Assembly: GCA_026982355.1 (NCBI GenBank)
Contig: JALSHG010000067.1
Location: 1 to 59,765, forward strand
Direction of reading: 5' to 3'
DNA: 59,765 nucleotides
From: Thermodesulfovibrio sp.
Lineage (GTDB): Bacteria > Nitrospirota > Thermodesulfovibrionia > UBA6902
Shown: positions 29,204-38,558 of the stretch, piece by piece
Position numbering within the stretch: the first letter of the stretch is position 1
How the letters are laid out: every line of letters begins with the position of its first letter
Position numbers and translations under genes: made by a program
The notes under the pieces: generated by a model
Database searches by the model: none
Told to the model about the DNA's origin: nothing
What the model saw: only the letters and a program-made list of their open reading frames with translations

Positions 29204-30736
29204 TCATGGGATGACCCCGCCGGCGGTCTCCCGGGGCCACAGCCTGTCCTCCACGGCCTTCAGAAGCCCGTGAAATGTTTCAGGGTTCCGGGCTGAAACA
29301 GAGACGGCGTTGAAGCGGGTGCAGAGGGTCCTGACCTGGTCTTTATCCACAAGGTCTTCCTTGTTGAAGACAAGCAGCACGGGCTTTCCGGAGAGTCCCA
29401 GGTCGGACAGGATCTTTTCCACGGATCTGATATGCTGCTCAAACCTGGGATTGGATATATCCACCACGTGCAGGAGCAGGTCCGCATCCGCCAGTTCCTC
29501 AAGCGTGGCCCTGAAGGCCGCGAAAAGGTCCTTCGGGAGGTCGCGGATAAACCCGACCGTATCCGTGATTATAACATCCCTTTCCCGCGGGAACCTCAGT
29601 CTCCTGCTTGCCGTGTCAAGTGTTGCAAACATCTTGTCCTCCACTGAGGTGCTGCTCCGGGTGAGGTTGTTGAGCAGTGTTGATTTCCCTGCGTTCGTAT
29701 AGCCCACGATCGATATGATGGGTATGCCCTTTGCGGTCCTGAGCGCCTTCCTCTGCCGGCGGGCGCGGCTGAGGGCCTGAAGCTGTTTTTCAAGGAGCGT
29801 TATCCTGTCCCTCACACGTCTCCTGTCCACTTCCAGCTTCATTTCACCGGGCCCCCTTCCACCGATGCCGCCCATGAGCCTGGACATGGCGGTGCCTTTC
29901 CCCGTAAGCCGCGGGAGCCTGTAACGCAACTGGGCGAGCTCGACCTGCACCTTTCCGTCCCTGCTGTGGGCCCGGCGGGCGAATATGTCAAGGATGAGCT
30001 GGGACCGGTCTATGACCTTCAGCTCCGTTATGTCGCTGATGGCCTTTGACTGGGAGGGGTTGAGGTCCTGATCGAATATCAGCATGGTGGCCCCTTTGTC
30101 CATGGCCTTGATGACAAGGTCCTTTATCTTGCCTTCGCCCATGAGATATTTGGGGTTGATATGCCCGGGTCTCTGAATGACCGTATCGAGCACTATCACA
30201 TCAGCGGCGGCGGCGAGCTCCCCGAGCTCTTCCATCGAGTCCTCCTGTTCGTGCCTCGGCCTGCGCGCAACGCTCACGAGAACCGCCCTCTCCCTCTTGT
30301 CTTTCACGTCAACGCCCGTCCTGTGTGATTGCAGGCCATTCTCTATGGATGAGACAAGGCCGCCGAAGTCCTCAAATGCCCTGTCCATCCCGTGGAAAGG
30401 CACCGGGCCTTTTATCTCATGTGTTGTGTCTCCGCCGGATGGATACAGGTATGCAAGGGTGACACTGTCCGGCCGGCCGTCTTTCAGTCCTATGACAATG
30501 AGCGCATCAAGCCTGAGCAGTGAGAGATCCGTGATATCATCCCGGTTTATGCCTTCGCTTTTCAGGTGGGTATGGATCAGCCTCAGTCCGCGGAGGACCT
30601 TTCTGCCGAGCGGGTGGCCGGAAAGGTCGGGGATGAAAATGCCCTTTGCATCCCCCACGATGACATGGGTTATATTACCGCTCCTGTCCGCAAGCACGCC
30701 GACCTGCCGGCCTGTGGAGGCGGAGCAGTCCGCCAT
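29204..30736 (-). CDS. hflX: GTPase HflX (the true start is probably upstream, at a non-ATG codon at 30856)
   Basis: 'GYTNAGKSTLLN', 'DTVGFI', 'NKEDL' and 'LAQLRYRLPRL'. The in-frame upstream sequence encodes 'GNTAGLKKSEIKSLERLYRRR', which looks like part of the long-form HflX N-terminus. Confidence 0.88.
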   Translation of the reverse strand: MADCSASTGRQVGVLADRSGNITHVIVGDAKGIFIPDLSGHPLGRKVLRGLRLIHTHLKSEGINRDDITDLSLLRLDALIVIGLKDGRPDSVTLAYLYPSGGDTTHEIKGPVPFHGMDRAFEDFGGLVSSIENGLQSHRTGVDVKDKRERAVLVSVARRPRHEQEDSMEELGELAAAADVIVLDTVIQRPGHINPKYLMGEGKIKDLVIKAMDKGATMLIFDQDLNPSQSKAISDITELKVIDRSQLILDIFARRAHSRDGKVQVELAQLRYRLPRLTGKGTAMSRLMGGIGGRGPGEMKLEVDRRRVRDRITLLEKQLQALSRARRQRKALRTAKGIPIISIVGYTNAGKSTLLNNLTRSSTSVEDKMFATLDTASRRLRFPRERDVIITDTVGFIRDLPKDLFAAFRATLEELADADLLLHVVDISNPRFEQHIRSVEKILSDLGLSGKPVLLVFNKEDLVDKDQVRTLCTRFNAVSVSARNPETFHGLLKAVEDRLWPRETAGGVIP

Positions 30737-30885
30737 GTATTTTGCAAGCTCCGCTGTAAGCGGCCTGTTTTTCGGGATGCGTCTTCTGTAGAGCCGTTCA
30801 AGGGACTTGATCTCGCTCTTCTTCAGACCCGCCGTGTTTCCGAATACCGATGGAATAAAAACCTCCTGCCATGAAAATTATTTTT

Positions 30886-33546
30886 TTAATGCGCCTCGGC
30901 CCAGTTCGCGCCGATGCCGATGTCCGCCTTCAGCGGGACCGACAGCCTCACCGCATTCTCCATCTCTTCCCTGACCAGTGCGCTGACCGTATCCCTTTCA
31001 TGCTCCGGCAGTTCAAACAGCAGCTCGTCATGCACCTGAAGAACCATCCGCGTCCTTAAATTTTCCCTTTTCAGCCTTCTCCATATGTTCAGCATCGACA
31101 CCTTGATTATATCCGCTGCCGAGCCCTGGACAGGGGAATTGATCGCGAGCCTTTCACCGAGCTGCCGGATATTCCTGTTTGCACTCCTCAGTTCGGGGAT
31201 CGCCCTTTTCCTGCCGAGGATAGTGGTCACATAGCCGGTCTCCGCAGCCTCTCTTATAAGCCTGTCTATGTAATCACGCACACCGCTGTGCCTGGCGAAA
31301 TATGTGTCTATGTAATACCTGGCCTCCTCCGGCGATATTCCCAACTGCCGGCTCAGGCCGTAGGGGCTGATGCCGTAAATGACCCCGAAGTTTACGCTCT
31401 TTGCGCTGCGTCTCATCTCGGCCGTCACATCTTCAGGGGCCACGCCGAACAATTCGCAGGCGGTTTTCGTATGGATGTCCCCGTGGTTTTTAAACGCCTC
31501 GATGAGTTTCACGTCATTGCTCAGGTGGGCGAGGATGCGGAGCTCTATCTGGGAATAATCCGATGAAAGCAGGAGGTTGCCTTCTTCAGCTATGAAGGCC
31601 TCCCGTATCTTCCTGCCCCATTCGCCCCTGACGGGGATGTTCTGCAGGTTGGGCTCCGAGCTGCTGAGCCTTCCTGTTGCGGTTATCGTCTGGTTGAACG
31701 ATGTGTGCAGCCTCCCTGTCCCGGGATTGACGAGCTTCGGCAGGGCGTCCACGTATGTGTTCTGCAGCTTTGACAGCCCCCTGTATTCCATTATCTCTCT
31801 CGGAAGCTCGTGTCCGGCCGCCAGTTGCTCAAGGACATCCATGTTGGTTGAATATCCCGTCTTTGTCTTTTTTGCGGGTTTGAGACCTATCTTCTCAAAG
31901 AGTATCTCCTGGAGCTGCCTGGGCGAATTGATGTTGAATTCCCCGCCCGCGAGGAAGTATATCCTCCTTTCAATGCCTGCAAGCTCTGCGGAGAGCCTCT
32001 CGGAAAAGGATTTCATCAACCCGGTATCGATTTTTATGCCGGCCATCTCCATGTCCGCAAGGACTTCTATGAGCGGTATCTCCAGGTTGTGGAAGAGGGC
32101 TGAAAGGTTTTCCTTTCTGATGGCGGGCTCAAAGTACCTCTTCAGCCTCAGTGTCACGGCAGCGTCTTCCCCCGAGTACCCGGCCGCCTCGCCCACGGGC
32201 ACCTCGCTGAAATTCCTCCTGCCCTTGCCGATTACCTCCCTGAAAGATTTCTTTTTTATGCCGAGACGCTCCATGGCCGTATCGGCGAGGTTGTGGTTCG
32301 TTTTGTTGGGATTAAGCAGGTAGGAGGCGAGCATGGTGTCGAAATCAATGCCCTTCATGTTGATGCCTTCGTTTCTCAGCACGATAAGGTCATATTTTAT
32401 GTTATGCCCTGTCTTGCCCACATGCGGGTTCTCGAGTATTCCCCTCATCCGCCGCAGCACATACTCCCTGGGCAACTGCTCCGGAGCGCCCGGATAGGAA
32501 TGCGCAAGGGGGATGTAATACGCCTTTTCGGGCTCCGTGGAAAGCGATATGCCGACAAGCCCGGCCGTCATCGGCGATGCGGAGGTCGTCTCTGTGTCAA
32601 CGCTCAGCTCGTCCCTTATGCCGGAGAGCGCCTCTTCAAGGGCATCCCTGTGCAGAACGGTTATGTATTCCGTTTTCGCCGCCGTCCCCCCGGCCGCGGA
32701 TTCGGGAATCAGGCTGATGAGGCGGCTGAACTCCAGCCTGCGGAACTGCTCAAGCACCCTCGGCCAGTCGGGTTCTCCGGGCCTGAGGTCCTCCACCGAG
32801 ATATCAATGGGCACATCATAATGGATGGTTGCAAGCTCCCTGCTCAGCTTGATGTTTTCCATGTGGGCGCACACGGCCTTCCTGATCCTCGCGTTTTTGA
32901 TCTTCTCGGGGTTGCTTATCAGATTGTCGAGGCTTCCGAACTCTTTCAGGAGTTTAACGGCGGTCTTTTCGCCGATGCCGGGCACACCCGGTATGTTATC
33001 CGAGACATCGCCCGTAAGGGCTATTATCTCCGGGAAACGGGAAGGTTCAACCCCGAACCGCTGAACCACGTCCTCTTCGGCGGTGATCCTCTCCTTCATG
33101 GTGTCGTACAGCCTGATCCGGCGGCTTACCGCCTGGCACATGTCCTTGTCGCCCGTAACGATGTAGACATCAAGGCCCCTCGATTCGGCATCCCTGGCAA
33201 TAGCGCCCAGTATGTCGTCGGCCTCATAGCCGTCTTTTTCAATCATCCGGATGCTGAAGGAGTCTGTTATTTCCTTGATCAGGGGAATCTGCGGCCTGAG
33301 GTCATCAGGCATGGCGGGCCGGTGGGCCTTGTACTTTTCATATGCCTCGTGTCTCTTTGTGGGCCCCGGCGCGTCAAAGACCACCGCAAAATACTCCGGC
33401 TTCTTCTCCCGCAGTATCTTCAGAAGCATGGTGGTAAACCCGTAGACCGCATTCGTCGGCACACCGGTTGAGGTCGAAAGCCCCCTGATCGCATAAAATG
33501 CGCGGTATATGTAGGAGTTTCCGTCTATAAGGTAAAGCGCCGGCAT
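30886..33546 (-). CDS. polA: DNA polymerase I
   Basis: 886 aa. 5'-nuclease 'LIDGNSYIYRAFYA', 3'-5' exo region, and pol motifs 'DYSQIELR', 'RRSAKSVNFGVIYG' and 'QVHDEL'. Confidence 0.95.
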   Translation of the reverse strand: MPALYLIDGNSYIYRAFYAIRGLSTSTGVPTNAVYGFTTMLLKILREKKPEYFAVVFDAPGPTKRHEAYEKYKAHRPAMPDDLRPQIPLIKEITDSFSIRMIEKDGYEADDILGAIARDAESRGLDVYIVTGDKDMCQAVSRRIRLYDTMKERITAEEDVVQRFGVEPSRFPEIIALTGDVSDNIPGVPGIGEKTAVKLLKEFGSLDNLISNPEKIKNARIRKAVCAHMENIKLSRELATIHYDVPIDISVEDLRPGEPDWPRVLEQFRRLEFSRLISLIPESAAGGTAAKTEYITVLHRDALEEALSGIRDELSVDTETTSASPMTAGLVGISLSTEPEKAYYIPLAHSYPGAPEQLPREYVLRRMRGILENPHVGKTGHNIKYDLIVLRNEGINMKGIDFDTMLASYLLNPNKTNHNLADTAMERLGIKKKSFREVIGKGRRNFSEVPVGEAAGYSGEDAAVTLRLKRYFEPAIRKENLSALFHNLEIPLIEVLADMEMAGIKIDTGLMKSFSERLSAELAGIERRIYFLAGGEFNINSPRQLQEILFEKIGLKPAKKTKTGYSTNMDVLEQLAAGHELPREIMEYRGLSKLQNTYVDALPKLVNPGTGRLHTSFNQTITATGRLSSSEPNLQNIPVRGEWGRKIREAFIAEEGNLLLSSDYSQIELRILAHLSNDVKLIEAFKNHGDIHTKTACELFGVAPEDVTAEMRRSAKSVNFGVIYGISPYGLSRQLGISPEEARYYIDTYFARHSGVRDYIDRLIREAAETGYVTTILGRKRAIPELRSANRNIRQLGERLAINSPVQGSAADIIKVSMLNIWRRLKRENLRTRMVLQVHDELLFELPEHERDTVSALVREEMENAVRLSVPLKADIGIGANWAEAH

Positions 33547-33609
33547 AGCATTTATTCCCTTCCGAAGTTTCTCTTCCGTGGAAACGGTGACTGCATGACT
33601 TCTAATTAT

Positions 33610-33668
33610 ACCTTACAGTCGCATAAAAACATCACCTGCGGGCCCGGGGAGTCCGCCGGGGGGAGGTT
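33610..33668. repeat. Palindromic intergenic repeat, partial (left half)
   Basis: 'ACCTTACAGTCGCATAAAAACATCACCTGCGGGCCCGGGGAGTCCGCCGGGGGGAGGTT'. Lies between polA and moaC. Confidence 0.65.
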
Positions 33669-33724
33669 GTAAAGAAACAGGCAATAAATTTATAGTAGTA
33701 AAACAGCAAAACGGACTGAGTGAA

Positions 33725-34228
33725 ATGAAGGATCCAAAAGACGCGGCGGGCGGCAGGCTCACACATATTGATGATCGGGGCGGGGCAAGCATGGTTGATG
33801 TAAGCGGCAAGGCGGCAACCCTGCGGGAAGCGGTCGCCCGGGGTTCGGTCTGTATGCAGCAGGAGACCATCAACCTGATCGAAGAAAACAGGGTCGCAAA
33901 GGGCAATGTCCTTGAGACCGCGAGGCTTGCCGGCATCATGGCTGCCAAAAAGACGAGCGCGCTTATTCCGCTGTGCCACCAGCTCAACCTGTCATCAGTG
34001 TCAGTGGATTTCAGTACCGACAGGGTGAAGAACAAGATCGACATACAGGCAAGGGCCGTATGCACGGGGCGGACAGGCGTTGAGATGGAGGTCCTGACCG
34101 CAGTGTCTGTTGCAGCCCTTACGATTTACGATATGTGCAAGGCCGTGGACAGGGCAATGACCATCTCGGACATCCGGCTCATGGAGAAACGCGGAGGCAA
34201 AAGCGGCCCGTGGAAGAGACCATCCTAA
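33725..34228 (+). CDS. moaC: Cyclic pyranopterin monophosphate synthase MoaC
   Basis: 'LTHIDDRGGASMVDVSGK', 'IPLCHQL' and 'TGVEMEVLTAVSVAALTIYDMCKA'. Confidence 0.9.
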   Translation: MKDPKDAAGGRLTHIDDRGGASMVDVSGKAATLREAVARGSVCMQQETINLIEENRVAKGNVLETARLAGIMAAKKTSALIPLCHQLNLSSVSVDFSTDRVKNKIDIQARAVCTGRTGVEMEVLTAVSVAALTIYDMCKAVDRAMTISDIRLMEKRGGKSGPWKRPS

Positions 34229-34434
34229 GGGCCGGGGATTTTCAGACCGGGATTTTTCTTCAGCAGGATTATCTCCTGCTGTTTATCTGCAAGCTCCTGC
34301 CTGAGCTTAAACGCATACACACCGAGGGCAAAGACGGCGATTACGAGGAGGATTATCAGCGCCCTGACGCCCGGCGGTGTCCTGAACCTTTCGCAATGCT
34401 CTATGTCCAGCTCGAGACGTGTCTTATCCGGCAT
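34225..34434 (-). CDS. Hypothetical small membrane-anchored coiled-coil protein
   Basis: 69 aa with one TM ('ALIILLVIAVFALGVYAF') followed by a short leucine-zipper-like helix. Its ATG overlaps the upstream gene's TAA (TAATG), which suggests translational coupling. Confidence 0.4.
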   Translation of the reverse strand: MPDKTRLELDIEHCERFRTPPGVRALIILLVIAVFALGVYAFKLRQELADKQQEIILLKKNPGLKIPGP

Positions 34435-34949
34435 TATTTATACCTTTTGACCTCGAAGCGGTAAAGCTCGATATCCTCCCCCAGAAAAATCCCTGCCTTC
34501 ATTGACGCAATGCTGATCTGTTCATCCACTGTGTCGACACCTTCGAGGTCGGGGAGAAGAAGGCCTTTACGCGCACCGCTTTTGACAATCACGCCGTATT
34601 TCTTCGGGTCAAGGTCCTGCTTGCCGGCCACTTTCTCAGGGGCCGTCAGCACATCAACGGAATACTGCAGTTCATTCAGCTCCCCGGGGCTCACAGGCGG
34701 GAACCTCGGGTCCCGGGTGGCGGCGCTTATGGCATTCTGTATAATCTCGTCTGCGACATTCCCGGTGGCGGGCTGAAATGTGCCGATACACCCCCTCAGC
34801 CGGCCGTGCTTTTTTATCGAAACAAAGACTCCGGCCTTTTCGGTCATCTCGGGGACGGGGTCCTCCGGCGGTTTGATCACCCTGCCGTTGAGTACATACT
34901 GCTCAACGGCCTCTTTTGCCAGTTTTACCAGGGGGAGCATGGTTTCCAA
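34434..34949 (-). CDS. AMMECR1 domain protein (AmmeMemoRadiSam system protein A-like)
   Basis: 'LRGCIGTF' and 'DPRFPPV' motifs. Confidence 0.8.
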   Translation of the reverse strand: METMLPLVKLAKEAVEQYVLNGRVIKPPEDPVPEMTEKAGVFVSIKKHGRLRGCIGTFQPATGNVADEIIQNAISAATRDPRFPPVSPGELNELQYSVDVLTAPEKVAGKQDLDPKKYGVIVKSGARKGLLLPDLEGVDTVDEQISIASMKAGIFLGEDIELYRFEVKRYK

Positions 34950-34952
34950 GTT

Positions 34953-35030
34953 CCGGGCTCCGGGAGACGTGTTTGCGGAATCCCCTTGCCCTGCACGGGG
35001 TTTTAGCCCGGTTTATGCAACATTAAGGTT
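34953..35030. repeat. Palindromic intergenic repeat, degenerate left and intact right arm
   Basis: '...CCCGGTTTATGCAACATTAAGGTT' ending at 35030. Confidence 0.6.
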
Positions 35031-35034
35031 CATT

Positions 35035-36009
35035 CTACTTCTTTCTTGTCAATACGTAATCCGAAATTGCAAGCAGGGCGTTTTTTTCCATTGAGTCTTC
35101 AAATATCTCTAGCCCCTTTCTCGCTTCATCGATAATCGCCCTGGCCCTTTGATAGCTCTTCTCAATGGATTTATGCTTGCGGAACAATTCCTGGATGTAG
35201 AGAAGGTTTTCCTCGGTCATCTTTTCGGCCCTGATGATCTCCCTGATGCCGGCCGCTTCACCGTCATCCGCATCCTTCAGCAGATAAATGAGCGGAAGCG
35301 TGATCTTGCCCTCCTCGAGGTCCTTGCCGAGATTCTTCCCGAAGGCCTTTTCCGTGGCCATATAGTCAAGTATATCATCCGCTATCTGAAAAGCAAACCC
35401 GAACTTAAGCCCGAAAGATGCAAGCGCCTCTTCCTCTGCGGGCGAGGCATTGCCGAGCACTGCGCCGCCCATGCAGGCCGCCGACATGAGAATGGCCGTC
35501 TTGCCCTGTATTATCTTCATATAGTCTTCTTCCGACATGTCGGGATTGCCCTTTTTGCTCAGTTGTATGAGCTCCCCTTCACTCATCTTCGCCGTGGCGG
35601 TGCAGAGCGCGTCCATGACCTTCTGCCTCTTCAGGAGGTTGGCAAGCCTCAATGCATTTGCATAGAGGAAATCCCCCACGAGTATTACAACCTGGTTTCC
35701 CCACAGCGAGTGCGCGGAGGGCTGGCCCCTCCTGAGGTCGGCGCCGTCCACCACGTCGTCATGAATGAGGGAGGCGGCGTGGATGAACTCCACACTGCTG
35801 GCAAGGGTGCTGACACTGTCTCCCCGCGCGCCGAAAATCCTTGAACAGAGGATGGCAAGCAGCGGCCGGATGCGCTTCCCACCGGCTGAAAACGTATGGT
35901 TGCCCACCGCGGATATCGCCGGAGCCACTGTCCGGAGCGTCTCGTGGATCTTCTCCTCGGCTGATTCCAGGTCTTCCCTGTAATATTCCCAGATTTCCTC
36001 TATGGTCAT
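35035..36009 (-). CDS. Polyprenyl diphosphate synthase (hepta/octaprenyl type)
   Basis: First 'LIHDDVVD' and second 'IADDILD' aspartate-rich motifs, plus 'GKRIRP'. Confidence 0.88.
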   Translation of the reverse strand: MTIEEIWEYYREDLESAEEKIHETLRTVAPAISAVGNHTFSAGGKRIRPLLAILCSRIFGARGDSVSTLASSVEFIHAASLIHDDVVDGADLRRGQPSAHSLWGNQVVILVGDFLYANALRLANLLKRQKVMDALCTATAKMSEGELIQLSKKGNPDMSEEDYMKIIQGKTAILMSAACMGGAVLGNASPAEEEALASFGLKFGFAFQIADDILDYMATEKAFGKNLGKDLEEGKITLPLIYLLKDADDGEAAGIREIIRAEKMTEENLLYIQELFRKHKSIEKSYQRARAIIDEARKGLEIFEDSMEKNALLAISDYVLTRKK

Positions 36010-36157
36010 TTGTTTAAATTATAAACCACTATTTCCCGCAACAAATACATATTCCGATATCCAATCGCTTTATATAAGGTTTTCCGGCAGACCCCTCCGC
36101 ACGTTAAGATAGAGCTGTTACGGCTGCCTGCCCTGCCGGTTCATGCAGCATCAGCCC

Positions 36158-37225
36158 TTATTCCTCCGGCTTCAGCATCACGGCTTCGAGGTCCGCGTCC
36201 TTTTCATTCAGCAGGTGCAGGTCACCGGGCCTGAACACACCCTTTTCAGTAATTATACCGGTTACATACCTTGCCGGTGTCACGTCGAAGGCGATGTTCC
36301 TCACCCTCACGCCCTCCGGCGCTATCCGGCATCCGAATACATGGGTAACCTCTTCCGGGCCCCTTTCCTCGATAGGAATCAGGTCGCCGGAGGGTATCGA
36401 GAAGTCAATGCTGCTCAGTGGTGCTGCAACATAGAACGGAACCCCGTTTTCCCTGCACAAGACGGCAAGCGAATAAGTCCCTATCTTGTTTGCGACATCG
36501 CCGTTGGCAACAGTTCTGTCGGTTCCCACTATGGCAAGATTGATCTCGCCTTTACGCAGCAGCGCGCCCGCCGTGTTGTCGGTGATCAGCGTTACCGGGA
36601 TGTTGTCCTGCATGAGTTCCCAGGCGGTCAGGCGGCAACCCTGTAGCACCGGCCTTGTCTCATCAGCGTAAACCCGTATCTTCTTGCCCTGCTCGACCGC
36701 GACCCTGATCGGTCCCGTGGCCGTCCCGTACCCGCCGGTGGCAAGCGAGCCTGCATTGCAGTGGGTGATGACAGTGTCCCCGTCCCTGATAAACTGCGCT
36801 CCCCACCTGCCTATCGCCCTGTTGATCTGTATATCCTCCTCAAGCACCCTCTTTGCATCCTCCGCCAGCAGTTCCTTTAACCTGTCCACCGGCTCATGCC
36901 TTTTCCCGGACAGCAGCTTTTTTGCCCTCTCAACCGCCCACTGTATGTTAACGGCGGTCGGCCTTGTGGCGAGCAGGGTATGAAACACAGGCTCCAGGCC
37001 GTTCATGAATTCATCAAAATCAGCCGCCCTGACGTCCCGTGCACCGAGGGCTATTCCCATGGCGGCGGCTATTCCTATGGCGGGCGCCCCGCGTATCCGG
37101 AGCTTCTTTATCCCTTCGGCGACCATCCGGTAGTCCGTGCAGTCGACATAGACGACCTCAAGCGGCAGCCTGGTCTGATCCAGCATCCGCACCTTCCCGT
37201 CCACAAACTCGATTGTTTTAACCAT
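36158..37225 (-). CDS. mtnA: S-methyl-5-thioribose-1-phosphate isomerase (eIF-2B alpha/beta/delta family)
   Basis: 'LDQTRLP...V', 'IRGAPAIG', 'TRPTAVN', 'THCNAG' and '[19 protein letters not shown]'. Confidence 0.85.
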   Translation of the reverse strand: MVKTIEFVDGKVRMLDQTRLPLEVVYVDCTDYRMVAEGIKKLRIRGAPAIGIAAAMGIALGARDVRAADFDEFMNGLEPVFHTLLATRPTAVNIQWAVERAKKLLSGKRHEPVDRLKELLAEDAKRVLEEDIQINRAIGRWGAQFIRDGDTVITHCNAGSLATGGYGTATGPIRVAVEQGKKIRVYADETRPVLQGCRLTAWELMQDNIPVTLITDNTAGALLRKGEINLAIVGTDRTVANGDVANKIGTYSLAVLCRENGVPFYVAAPLSSIDFSIPSGDLIPIEERGPEEVTHVFGCRIAPEGVRVRNIAFDVTPARYVTGIITEKGVFRPGDLHLLNEKDADLEAVMLKPEE

Positions 37226-37231
37226 GTTCTC

Positions 37232-37306
37232 TCCTTAATGTTACCCTTACAGTTGCATAAAATACCGGCGGCGGACTCCCCTGCATGTTCATGCAATATT
37301 AAGGTT
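37232..37306. repeat. Palindromic intergenic repeat, near full length
   Basis: 'TCCTTAATGTTACCCTTACAGTTGCATAAAATACCGGCGGCGGACTCCCCTGCATGTTCATGCAATATTAAGGTT'. The right arm contains the NRAMP stop codon. Confidence 0.8.
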
Positions 37307-38558
37307 TACTGAACTCAGGCAATATTATCATAAACAGCATGGCAGTTGCCAGGAGCGTCAGTGTAATCACCGTCGCCCATGAAATGTAATTATGAATCCT
37401 TGAATTTACGAATCCTCCCATGATCCTTTTATTATTAATAAGCGACAGGGCAAAAACAAGCACAAAAGGCAACAATATGCCGTTCAGGACCGATGAAAGC
37501 ACCATCAGGAGGACCAGCGGGGCCCCGGGCGCCAGGACGAGCAGGGCCGAGATCACAATCAACGCCGTGTATATCCACATAAACTGCGGGGCCTGCCTGA
37601 AGGTCTTGCTTATCCCGGCCTCCCATCCCATTGCCTCGCATATGTAATAGGCTGTCGCCAGGGGCACTATTATGGCCCCCAGTATAGATGCGTTTGCAAG
37701 GCTTATGCCGAAAAAGACCGTTGCATACTGCCCTGCAAAAGGCTTCAGCGCAAGGGCTGCCTCACTGGCGTTGTTAATCCGGATACCGTTGGGAAACAGG
37801 GTCGCCGCTGATGTGACGATTATAAAAAAGGCGATTATGTTGGTTATAAAGCATCCGGCGGTGACATCGAGTTTTGAGTACCTGTAATCCCTTTTCTTTA
37901 TCCCTTTTTCGGCGATGGACGACTGGAGGTAAAACTGCATCCAGGGTGTTATAGTCGTCCCTATGATCGCTATGCTCAGCATGATGAACTCCGGTTCCGC
38001 TTTAATGGTGGGCACAAACGTGCTGTAGAGCACCTCGCCCCAGGCTGGCTTTGCCATGAAGCCTGAAAAGACATAGCCGGCATAAAGCAGGCACGCCCCG
38101 AGCAGCACCCTTTCCACGACCCTGTAACTGCCCTTGATCACGAGTATCCAGATGAAAAACGCGCCGAGGGGCACCATGATATACTTGCTCAGGCCGAACA
38201 GTTCCATGCTCGCGGCCCAGCCCGCAAACTCCGCCACTGTGGTGCCGAAATTTGCGACAAGCAGGATTATCATCATGAAAAAAGCCGCTTTCACCCCGTA
38301 ATTCTCCCTGATGAGGTCCGCAAGACCCTTGCCTGTCACCACTCCCATCCTTGCAGCCATTTCCTGGATGACGACAAGCGCCACCGTAGTGGGAATGAGC
38401 GTCCACAGCAGCATGTTCCCGTAGCGGGCGCCGGCTACGGAATACGTGGTGATGCCGGATGCGTCGTTGTCAATGGACGCGGTGATTATGCCCGGGCCTA
38501 TTATCGCGATAAACAGGACCAGCTTTTTCCACGTGGCCGAAATCCTGCGGAGGCTCAT
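37299..38558 (-). CDS. NRAMP-family transporter with a non-canonical metal site (NRMT-like; possible Mg2+ transporter)
   Basis: Eleven to twelve TM segments with NRAMP layout. The TM1 motif reads 'IDNDASGITTYSVAGA' where 'DPGN' is expected, and TM6 reads 'TTITPWMQFYLQS' where 'AIxMPHNLYLHS' is expected. Confidence 0.8.
   Translation of the reverse strand: MSLRRISATWKKLVLFIAIIGPGIITASIDNDASGITTYSVAGARYGNMLLWTLIPTTVALVVIQEMAARMGVVTGKGLADLIRENYGVKAAFFMMIILLVANFGTTVAEFAGWAASMELFGLSKYIMVPLGAFFIWILVIKGSYRVVERVLLGACLLYAGYVFSGFMAKPAWGEVLYSTFVPTIKAEPEFIMLSIAIIGTTITPWMQFYLQSSIAEKGIKKRDYRYSKLDVTAGCFITNIIAFFIIVTSAATLFPNGIRINNASEAALALKPFAGQYATVFFGISLANASILGAIIVPLATAYYICEAMGWEAGISKTFRQAPQFMWIYTALIVISALLVLAPGAPLVLLMVLSSVLNGILLPFVLVFALSLINNKRIMGGFVNSRIHNYISWATVITLTLLATAMLFMIILPEFSKP

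Noticed and set aside
32293-33471. 392-aa ORF on the plus strand
   Set aside because: It is antisense to polA, whose identity is unambiguous, and it is a low-complexity Arg/Gly/Pro-rich shadow ORF.
33613-34065. 150-aa ORF on the minus strand
   Set aside because: It is antisense to moaC and extends into a repeat copy, with no motif support.
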